64,000 nt of DNA from an uncultured Clostridia bacterium (GTDB lineage Bacteria; Bacillota; Clostridia; Christensenellales; Aristaeellaceae): positions 1,905 to 65,904 of the forward strand of contig CAMVHE010000005.1 in assembly GCA_947167215.1 (NCBI GenBank), read 5' to 3'. Position 1 is the stretch's first letter. Each line of letters starts with the position of its first letter. The translations under genes and the position numbers were made by a program. The notes beneath the pieces were generated by a model. That model was not told the origin of the DNA. It did not search any database and saw nothing but the letters and a program-made list of their open reading frames with translations. Shown one piece after another: positions 55,429 to 63,412 of the stretch.

Positions 55429-56802
55429 TCACCCCCAGATTTCCTCATCTGTCGGCATGGTGGCACCGGGTTTCACGTCTGCAATCCGGCTCACATTGAT
55501 AAGATGCCGCCAACTGAGATTCTCGGAAATGGAATTGTTGCCCCAGGATCCACAGCCCAGGGTGGTGGTGGCAGACAGGCTGTTGAAGAAGCTGCCGCCA
55601 TTGCTGGTTGCACAGATCTGATTGAGCAGGAAGCGGGATACCGGCAGTTTCTCACTGGCGTAAAGGATATGCTCCCGGTTATGGGAATGTATGCATACGC
55701 TGTGGCCCTTGCCCGCCACACACAGGTTGGCATAGGCAATGGCTACGCCTTCCTCCCAGGTATCATAGGCATATGCCGCAATCACGGGGCACATTTTTTC
55801 CTTTGCCAGATCATCCTCTGCGCCGTACTTCGTAGCTGCCAGCACCAGGATTTTGGTATCTTCCGGAACGGTAATGCCTGCCTTCGCCGCCACCGTTACC
55901 GCACTCTGTCCTACGCAGTTCTTGTCCATGACCCCATTGGGGAACATGGTGGCACGGACCTTGTCCACTTCTTTTTCATCACTGATATAATAGGCACCGT
56001 TTTTCTCAAATTCCCGGATGATCCGGTCATAGTCCCCGCGGGGCATGATGACCGTCTGCTCGCCGGAGCAGATGATGCCATTATCGAAGCGTCTGCCTTC
56101 AATGATCATGGGAACTGCCTTTTCGATATCCACATTCTCATCGATCAGGCACTGAACATTTCCGGCACCCACGCCAAAGGCCGGTTTGCCGCTGGCATAG
56201 GCAGCGCGCACCATTCCCATGCCTCCGGTGGAAATGCAGACATCGCACAGCTTCATTACAAAGCCGGAAATCTCCACTGTGGGTTCCGGGATGCACTGGA
56301 TCAGATCCGCAGGCGCGCCAAGGGCCTCAATCGCTTCCCGCATCAGCCGGACTGCCTCAGCAGAGCATTTCTTGGAGCGCGGATGGGGACAGACAATGAT
56401 GGCATTGCGTCCTTTGACCGCAAACATGGCGTTGCACATCGGGGTTACGATGGGGTTGGTGGTCGGCGTTACTGCACCGATGACACCCATGGGCTTTGCA
56501 ACCTCAATGAGGCCCAGTTCCGGCATTTCCCGCAGCACGCCCACACTCTTCTTACCCTTCATGTCACTCCAGATGATCCGGGCTTTTCCGCGGTTCTTGT
56601 TGATCTTATCCTGAACAACACCCATTCTGGTTTCTTCCACAGCCATCTTTGCAAGAGGCTCCGCGTGATCATAGATCGTCTTCGCCATTGCCCTGCACAG
56701 CTGGTCTACCTGCTCCTGGGTATATTCCTCTGCAATTTTCTGGGCTGCCTGTGCCTTTTCAATCAAGCTCTCCACATAGGCTTTGCTTTCTTCGGTGCTC
56801 AT
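55429..56802 (-). CDS. CoA-acylating aldehyde dehydrogenase (C. kluyveri SucD / EutE / AdhE-N-terminal family)
   Basis: 457 aa with …VTPTTNPIVTPMCNAMFAVKGRNAII… and the catalytic Cys in FDNGIICSGEQ. Confidence 0.75.
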   Translation of the reverse strand: MSTEESKAYVESLIEKAQAAQKIAEEYTQEQVDQLCRAMAKTIYDHAEPLAKMAVEETRMGVVQDKINKNRGKARIIWSDMKGKKSVGVLREMPELGLIEVAKPMGVIGAVTPTTNPIVTPMCNAMFAVKGRNAIIVCPHPRSKKCSAEAVRLMREAIEALGAPADLIQCIPEPTVEISGFVMKLCDVCISTGGMGMVRAAYASGKPAFGVGAGNVQCLIDENVDIEKAVPMIIEGRRFDNGIICSGEQTVIMPRGDYDRIIREFEKNGAYYISDEKEVDKVRATMFPNGVMDKNCVGQSAVTVAAKAGITVPEDTKILVLAATKYGAEDDLAKEKMCPVIAAYAYDTWEEGVAIAYANLCVAGKGHSVCIHSHNREHILYASEKLPVSRFLLNQICATSNGGSFFNSLSATTTLGCGSWGNNSISENLSWRHLINVSRIADVKPGATMPTDEEIWG

Positions 56803-56820
56803 CGTATATTTCCTCCTCTA

Positions 56821-57492
56821 TCAGGCTTTTGCTGCCTTTTCCCCTTCGCAAATGACCGGCGTTGATCCAAATCCCACGCCAAGCCTTGCAACGCCTTTAT
56901 CCACATAGAACTTGGCGGTCTCATACGTCCGGACTCCGCCGGAAGGCTTTACGCCGATGCGGCCGTCCGCTGCTTCCAGCATCGCCATGACAGCCTCCGG
57001 AGTCGAACCATGGGAAGAGAATCCGGTGGAAGTCTTTACAAGGTCCGCCCCTGCTTCCACGCAGATTTCCGTTGCCTTCTTTATTTCCGGAATGGTAAGT
57101 TCACTGGTTTCAAAAATGACCTTTACCAGTACACCAGCCGGATGGGCCTTTCCCACCACCCTGGAAACCTCATCCTTCACCTTGTCCCAGCAGCCGGACC
57201 TGGCCAGACCGTAATTCATGACCATATCGATTTCGCGCACGCCTTTGGCCACATACAGCTCTGCCAGCATTTCCTTGGCCTCTGCAGGAGCCTGTCCATG
57301 GGGAAAGTCCAGTACCGTGATCACCATGGTATCCGTTCCCTTCGTCATCTCCTGTGCCATCTCAATATCGCAGGGACGTACGCACACACTGCGGCAGTTA
57401 TAATCAATACCCACCTGAATCTGTTTGCGCGCTTCCTCCTGCGTCATCTCCGGCTTCAGCACTGCATGATCCAGGTATCTGCAGATATCCAT
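56821..57492 (-). CDS. deoC: deoxyribose-phosphate aldolase
   Basis: 223 aa. LDHAVLKP, VCVRP, and the Schiff-base Lys in LVKTSTGF. Confidence 0.85.
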   Translation of the reverse strand: MDICRYLDHAVLKPEMTQEEARKQIQVGIDYNCRSVCVRPCDIEMAQEMTKGTDTMVITVLDFPHGQAPAEAKEMLAELYVAKGVREIDMVMNYGLARSGCWDKVKDEVSRVVGKAHPAGVLVKVIFETSELTIPEIKKATEICVEAGADLVKTSTGFSSHGSTPEAVMAMLEAADGRIGVKPSGGVRTYETAKFYVDKGVARLGVGFGSTPVICEGEKAAKA

Positions 57493-57504
57493 TTTATTTC
57501 CTCC

Positions 57505-57954
57505 TTATTTTCCCATCCGCTTCTGTGCATATTCCGGATCCAGGGTTCCGTCCGCGGTTCCCCAGGCATCCTTGCGCACAAAATATACTTCATTCTGTTC
57601 CTGATGGGGCCAGAATGTGTAGATCACAAAAGGCTCATCGCTCTTTGTATTATCAATCCAGTGGAAAGTATGGGGTGGGATCACAATGAAATCTCCCGCT
57701 TTTGTCGGAATGGCATCCTCATCCAGCCAGACCCAGCTCATGCCTTCCTTGCACGAAACGATATAGTATATTTCCGTATCCTCGTGCGCCGCGCCGCCGG
57801 TCCTGCCGCCGGCTTTCAGGGTCCCCTCATTGATATTGATGACCGGGATTCCATCCATGTCATCGCAGGTCAGCATTTTCGAGGTGTATACCGCATCGCA
57901 GTCATACCCGCGAATATTTTCACTGTTGACCAGCGTCCATTTAACCTTCTCCAT
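57505..57954 (-). CDS. cupin-domain protein
   Basis: From the ATG at 57954 (GAGGAG 7 nt upstream). Cupin motifs GGAAHEDTEIYYIV and AGDFIVIPPHTFHWIDN. Confidence 0.65.
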   Translation of the reverse strand: MEKVKWTLVNSENIRGYDCDAVYTSKMLTCDDMDGIPVININEGTLKAGGRTGGAAHEDTEIYYIVSCKEGMSWVWLDEDAIPTKAGDFIVIPPHTFHWIDNTKSDEPFVIYTFWPHQEQNEVYFVRKDAWGTADGTLDPEYAQKRMGK

Positions 57955-57967
57955 GCCTCTGCTCCTC

Positions 57968-58477
57968 TCAGGGATAAATCTTGATTTCATTCATTTCTGT
58001 CCATGGAATTTCCGGTGTGTCATGATTCTCCAGCATGTCAAAGCGGATGTATTTGGCATTCACCGGCGTCTCCAGCACCACATCCTGCCATCCTTCCTCT
58101 TTTCCGATATTCACATGGGTCAGGAATTTCCATGGCACCGATTCAATGCTGTCTTCTTTCTTGCGCAGTTTTCTCGGCTCATCCGTATCGGATACATAGA
58201 TATCCACTGCCTTGCAGAGCTCTCCAAGCACGGAGATATCAATGCCTACGTTCCGGAAAAATCTTATCTTTCCAATGCTCTGCTCTTCACCGAAGAAAGA
58301 CAGAATCAGATGTGCCGGTCCCAGCGTATTGGCTCCCCATGTACCGCCGTTGCGGGTCACATCATCGTCAATGATGTTAAGCACCCAGAGGAGCGGATCG
58401 CTCTCGGTATGGGAGCACCATTCAATGCGCGTATAATAACTGCCGTCCCGACGGACACCCAAAGGATAACTTTCCAT
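57968..58477 (-). CDS. cytoplasmic F5/8-type-C (discoidin, galactose-binding-like) single-domain protein
   Basis: 169 aa with no signal peptide. …GGTWGANTLGPAHLILSF…IGKIRFF…DIYVSDTDE…AKYIRFDML…WTEMNEIKIYP follows the discoidin-domain pattern (by eye). Confidence 0.5.
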   Translation of the reverse strand: MESYPLGVRRDGSYYTRIEWCSHTESDPLLWVLNIIDDDVTRNGGTWGANTLGPAHLILSFFGEEQSIGKIRFFRNVGIDISVLGELCKAVDIYVSDTDEPRKLRKKEDSIESVPWKFLTHVNIGKEEGWQDVVLETPVNAKYIRFDMLENHDTPEIPWTEMNEIKIYP

Positions 58478-58489
58478 TTTTCAGCCTCC

Positions 58490-59419
58490 TCACTTTGTTC
58501 CATAGGTTGCAGCATACAACCGATCAATTTCTTCCCTGGTCGGCATTGCCGGAGCCGTTCCGTAGCGGGTCACAGAAAGTGCTCCTGTGACGTTGCCGTA
58601 CCGCAATGCAGTAAACAGATCCATTCCCGCATCCAGCGCCATGGCAAAGCCTCCATTGAATGCGTCTCCCGCGCCAGTTGTATCCACGGCTTCTACCGGA
58701 ATCCTTGGCAGCAGTTCCTCCCGCACCCCGTCAAAGGCGTAGGCACCCATGGCTCCCAGGGTAATCACCACCTGGCGCACCCCTTTCTTCAGGAAGCATT
58801 CCGCTGCCCTGCGGGCATCCGCTGCATTTGCCACGTGAATGCCAGTCAGCACTTCCGCTTCCGTTTCGTTGGGGGTCACAATATCTATCTTCGCCATTAT
58901 CTCGTCCGGGATCGGTGCCGCCGGAGCCGGATTCAGCACAATCCGGACGCCTGCCCGGTGCGCAATGTCAATTACCCGGTACTGGGCATCCATATTGATC
59001 TCATGCTGAAGCAGGAGAATATTCGCAGACTCCACCAGCTTTCTGCATTTTTCCACGTCCTGTTCCGAAATCTTCCCGCAGGCATCAATAATCACGATGA
59101 TGGCATTCTGGGCGCTTTCCTCATCCACCATAATCTGTGCCACGCTGGTGGAAAGTCCTTCCTCCTCCAGAATGTAGTCCGTATTCATTCCTTCCTTGCG
59201 ATAGAAATCCAGGGCAATCTGTCCAAAGGCATCCTTTCCGAGTTTGGTAACAAAGGTTACATCCGCGCCGGCCCGGTGCGCCGCTACCGCCTGGTTGCTG
59301 CCTTTTCCGCCGGGTCCGTACCGGAAGCTGTTGCCCAGAATCGTCTGGCCTGGCACCGGGAATCCTTTGGACCTGCTGGTAAGATCCACGACAAAACTGC
59401 CGAAGTCCACAATGCTCAT
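58490..59419 (-). CDS. ribokinase-family (PfkB) sugar kinase
   Basis: From the ATG at 59419: …GPGGKGSNQAVAAHRAG… and DTTGAGDAFNGGFA. The ATG overlaps the upstream stop (ATGA). Ribose versus deoxyribose specificity is not deducible. Confidence 0.8.
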   Translation of the reverse strand: MSIVDFGSFVVDLTSRSKGFPVPGQTILGNSFRYGPGGKGSNQAVAAHRAGADVTFVTKLGKDAFGQIALDFYRKEGMNTDYILEEEGLSTSVAQIMVDEESAQNAIIVIIDACGKISEQDVEKCRKLVESANILLLQHEINMDAQYRVIDIAHRAGVRIVLNPAPAAPIPDEIMAKIDIVTPNETEAEVLTGIHVANAADARRAAECFLKKGVRQVVITLGAMGAYAFDGVREELLPRIPVEAVDTTGAGDAFNGGFAMALDAGMDLFTALRYGNVTGALSVTRYGTAPAMPTREEIDRLYAATYGTK

Positions 59420-60501
59420 CTTTGCTTTTCCTCCAATTCTCTGCACTTTGTCTCCATGTACTGCAGCTCGTCTGCACCATGAAGCATGCGGATTTCAAAA
59501 TGAACAGCATATTGTTCGCCGGGCTCCAGTACCTGCAGACATCCCTTTTCGCGCAGCGCCGCTCTTCCCTGCGGATAACAGTTTCCGGGTTCAAAAGCAA
59601 GCACATATTCGCCTTCGCGGCAAACCTTCCATTCCGAGAAGCAGGGAAGCTGACTCGGGAAAAAGCCCAGGGCTACTCCTATTTCTTCCTGCGGATTGAC
59701 CAGTGCCACCTCGGTATACCCTTTCGCATCACAGTTCAGGGTATGATAATACTGCCGTTCCAGATAGTCCTTTTCCGGGGGCTCAAACGAGTCATAGGAG
59801 GACAGATATTTTTCTGCCTCTTCCGAAGCGGGAACCACTTTTCTGGTAGGAATCAGAAGCCTGGCCTCTTCCGATAAGAGCGGGTATCCCAGATTGATAT
59901 GATAGAAGAATGTCAAAGGAGTAGCGACGGTTCCCTCATTGGAAAACAGATCATCCACCATGATGGTACGTTTTCCGAGGTACGTGGTTATTGTCCTTCT
60001 CAGCTGAAGGTGCTCTCCGTGGAGCCTTCCTTCCTGCATCCGCCCGGACAGCCGGATCCGATACTGACCGTCCACCCACTCCGTTTCACTGCAGATGTTG
60101 TCCGCTCCCGTGTTGGAAATGTCTCCATGCAGGCCGAAAGGCGTAACACCGACGATGGGCAGCTCTTCTTCACAGGGCGGTCCGGCATTCTGCAATCCGC
60201 AGGTAGTCAGAAGACCGCCGAAGAAGCTCTGCAGCCATTGCATGTTCCTCCGGTCATGATAGCCCGGGTGGCTGATCTCTGCCTTGGTACGGTAGGCAAT
60301 GGGGATTCCCCGGAAAGATGCTTCCGCAATATCCATCCCCCTTCCTGGCAATACCAGGAACTGCATATCCCCGCAGGTCACCGCCATCATTTCCATACCG
60401 GCAGCTCTGCCTTCCAGCATCATGGCGCGGCGCACGCAGGCCACCTGTTCCATGTTGCCCAGGCGCCTGCGGCACTCTTCCCGTGTCACTGGGATCGGCA
60501 T
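59416..60501 (-). CDS. aldose-1-epimerase-fold protein (DUF4432 type)
   Basis: From the ATG at 60501: …LVLPGRGMDIAEASFRGIPIAYR…TPFGLHGDISN…FYHINLGYPLL…. Confidence 0.6.
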   Translation of the reverse strand: MPIPVTREECRRRLGNMEQVACVRRAMMLEGRAAGMEMMAVTCGDMQFLVLPGRGMDIAEASFRGIPIAYRTKAEISHPGYHDRRNMQWLQSFFGGLLTTCGLQNAGPPCEEELPIVGVTPFGLHGDISNTGADNICSETEWVDGQYRIRLSGRMQEGRLHGEHLQLRRTITTYLGKRTIMVDDLFSNEGTVATPLTFFYHINLGYPLLSEEARLLIPTRKVVPASEEAEKYLSSYDSFEPPEKDYLERQYYHTLNCDAKGYTEVALVNPQEEIGVALGFFPSQLPCFSEWKVCREGEYVLAFEPGNCYPQGRAALREKGCLQVLEPGEQYAVHFEIRMLHGADELQYMETKCRELEEKQR

Positions 60502-60505
60502 AGAA

Positions 60506-61567
60506 TCAATCCCCTTCCACCATATCAATCATCACCTTGATACGGGTTGCCTTCCGTTCATCCGAAGCAGCAAAAGCTTCAACAATCTGATCGAAAGGAA
60601 AATGGTCCGTTATCATCGGTAAAAGACTCATATGTCCATAAGCCAGAAGGTCCAGCAGTTTCCGTCCCAGATTGGGCGTTCCTGCCGCGCCTACCAGGGT
60701 AATATTGCGGGCAATGATATTGTCCAGTTCTACATTATCCAGCACCTGCTCATAGAACCCCGGAATTACCAGGTGGCCGCTTCCGCGGGTGCAGCGGATG
60801 GCGGTATTCAGCAAAGAAGGATTTCCGGTGGTGTCAAGCACAATGTCCGCACCTTTTCCCTTGGTCTCCCGCATCACCACATCCAGCAGGTCTTCCTTTT
60901 CTGTATTGACGAGAACATCTGCTCCCATCTGTTTTCCGATTTTGAGCTTTGCATCTTTTCTTCCCGCCAGGAGCGTTTTTCCGACTCCCACTGCTTTTGC
61001 ACATGCCATACCGCCGAGACCGATCGCACCGGTACCCAGTACCAGCAGCGTCTTATTCGGGCCGATCGGCGTGCGGCTCAGGCCGTAATAGCCGATGGAC
61101 GCCGGCTCCACCAGGGCTGCCTCCGTCAGGCTCACATTATCCGGCACTTCATACAGAAGCCGTTCAGGCATCAGCATATAGTCTGCAAAGGCGCCGGGCC
61201 AGCAGTTGCCGGTAGTTCCTATCGCTCTTCCTTTTTCGCAGTTCTGGTAATTTCCTTCCAGGCAGGCTTCACATTCACCGCAGGACCAGCCGGTATCGCT
61301 GATTACCCGGGTTCCCGGCTTTATCCGCCACGTTTCACTTCCTGTTTCTTCGACTACTCCCGACCATTCATGACCGGGGCGCACCGGGAATTTTGCCCGC
61401 ATGGAGGGCCCTTCTCCAAGCACCAGGGTTCCATGCAGAATAGACATATCCGTTCCGCAGATACCGCAATGATGTACTTTCATCAGACATTCCTTGGGAC
61501 CGGGGACCGGTTTTTCCATCTCGACTACTTCAAGCTTACCTGGCCTTTGAATGACGAGTACTTTCAT
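60506..61567 (-). CDS. zinc-dependent medium-chain dehydrogenase (sorbitol/threonine/2,3-butanediol dehydrogenase family)
   Basis: From the ATG at 61567 (AAAGGAG upstream): HHCGICGTDMSILHG, GHEWSGVV, structural-Zn CGECEACLEGNYQNC, and GTGAIGLG. Confidence 0.8.
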   Translation of the reverse strand: MKVLVIQRPGKLEVVEMEKPVPGPKECLMKVHHCGICGTDMSILHGTLVLGEGPSMRAKFPVRPGHEWSGVVEETGSETWRIKPGTRVISDTGWSCGECEACLEGNYQNCEKGRAIGTTGNCWPGAFADYMLMPERLLYEVPDNVSLTEAALVEPASIGYYGLSRTPIGPNKTLLVLGTGAIGLGGMACAKAVGVGKTLLAGRKDAKLKIGKQMGADVLVNTEKEDLLDVVMRETKGKGADIVLDTTGNPSLLNTAIRCTRGSGHLVIPGFYEQVLDNVELDNIIARNITLVGAAGTPNLGRKLLDLLAYGHMSLLPMITDHFPFDQIVEAFAASDERKATRIKVMIDMVEGD

Positions 61568-61605
61568 CTCCGTACACTCCTTTCTGAGGCTTAAAACCCG
61601 ATGCG

Positions 61606-62393
61606 TTAAAAGTCGCGGGTATATCCGCAGGTCCATCCTCCGTCAATGGTTACCACGGACCCGGTCATATAGGCAGAATCGTCGCTTGCAAGGAAGCAAG
61701 CCATGCTGGCAATATCCGCCGGGTCTCCCGGCCGATGCAGCGGAATATGGGACATCATTGCCTCTGCTTTCACCGGGTCTGCATAGAACAGTGCGCGGGT
61801 TCCTTCAAACATGATGGATCCCGGACAGATGCAGTTCACACGGATGGAAAGCGGTGCAACTTCCAGTGCCATTGCTTTGGTAAGGTTGATTACGCCGGCC
61901 TTGGCCGCTGTAAAACCACACTGCAGCCTCAGCGGTGTAAGTCCTGCTATGGAGGCAATGTTAATGATGGTTCCGCCCTTTCCCTGAATCTCCATCTGCT
62001 GAATTGCCGGCTTGGAGCAGTAATACACTCCATTCAGGTCTACATTGATAATGCGTTCCCAGAGGTCATCATTATACTGATGGATCGGCTGGCGATACTC
62101 CGGTCCGCCGTTGATTCCCGCATTATTCACCAGGCAGTCTACTTTACCGTAGATTTCCACGGTTCTGCTGATCATATGCGCTGCACTTTCGCGGCTGCCA
62201 ACATCCACCTGGATTCCTACCGCTTCCCCGCCTGCTTCCCGGATCACATCCACACGGTGATTCATGGTCTCTTCGTTATAATCTGCCACAACCACCTTGG
62301 CGCCATTTCTTGCAAACTCTTCTGCCATTGCACCGCCTATGGCGCCGCCTGCTCCGGTGATAATCACAACCCTGCCGTCCAAATTCACTTTCA
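61606..62393 (-). CDS. short-chain dehydrogenase/reductase (SDR) family protein with Phe at the catalytic Tyr position
   Basis: From the ATG at 62393: VVIITGAGGAIGGA (TGxxxGxG), NNAG, and NIASIAG…GFTAAKAG, i.e. FxxxK instead of YxxxK, 13 residues after the Ser. Confidence 0.75.
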
Positions 62394-62410
62394 TAGTTCT
62401 TCCTCTTTTC

Positions 62411-63400
62411 TTATGCAGGTACTTTTCTGCTTTGCTTGTACACGTCAAACAGCACAGCAGCTGCCATAAGCAATCCCTGGATTGCCACACGCATGGTGGT
62501 CGGCAATCCGATAAAGATAATGGCATTTTCAGCAACGAATACCAGTGTAACGCCAATCAGAATGCCAAGAGGCGAGCATTTTCCGCCGCTCAGCGACACA
62601 CCGCCAACAACACATCCGGCAATTGCCCGGAATTCCCATCCGTCACCGGTTTCCGGCAGTCCAAGCCCGATATCCAGAGTCAGCAGAATGCCTGCAATAC
62701 CGGAAAGCAGGGAGGAAATGACATAAGCTTCCATTCTCATCTTCGTTACATTGATTCCGCAGAGCTTCGCCACTTCCCGATTATCTCCTACAGCCAGCAT
62801 GTATCTGCCCCATACCGTATATTTGATGACCACGAAACCGATGGCAAACAGAAGCAGCATGATCCAGAAATATAACGGCATTTTAAAATAGCGCTGATCA
62901 AAAACCTTGACGAGCGGGAAATTCTCGAGGGTATTGAGACTGAGCTGATACCCATGGATGAAGAGATAGCGGGCACCGCCCACCATATACAGGGTTCCCA
63001 TGGTTGCCACAAAATCCGGAACTTTGAAATGCACTACCAGAAGTCCATTGAAAAGCCCGATAAGCAGGCAGCACGTCATTGCAAAGATAATCGCCGGACC
63101 AGCTGTCCAACCATGGTCAATTACCAGCATGGACATCAGGATTCCTGCAAATCCGGCCACACGACCGGTAGAAATATCCACCTGGCCGATCATCAGAGGA
63201 AAGCTTGCACCAAGTGCAGTGATGGCGATGAATGGAATCTGTGTGAACATCGCCTGAAAGTTACTGGGTCTGAAGAAATCCGGGCGGATGATGGTAGTCA
63301 CCAGGCAAATGAGTGCCAGCGGTATAAATGCACTGAATTCATCCGTGCGCGTCAGACGTTTCAGTAACGTATGATCCTTTTGGACCGTCTTTTTCTCCAT
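62411..63400 (-). CDS. ribose/xylose-type (CUT2) ABC sugar permease
   Basis: 329 aa, about 10 TM segments, …GQVDISTGRVAGFAG…, RbsC-like. Confidence 0.8.
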   Translation of the reverse strand: MEKKTVQKDHTLLKRLTRTDEFSAFIPLALICLVTTIIRPDFFRPSNFQAMFTQIPFIAITALGASFPLMIGQVDISTGRVAGFAGILMSMLVIDHGWTAGPAIIFAMTCCLLIGLFNGLLVVHFKVPDFVATMGTLYMVGGARYLFIHGYQLSLNTLENFPLVKVFDQRYFKMPLYFWIMLLLFAIGFVVIKYTVWGRYMLAVGDNREVAKLCGINVTKMRMEAYVISSLLSGIAGILLTLDIGLGLPETGDGWEFRAIAGCVVGGVSLSGGKCSPLGILIGVTLVFVAENAIIFIGLPTTMRVAIQGLLMAAAVLFDVYKQSRKVPA

Positions 63401-63412
63401 GATGTCACCCCC

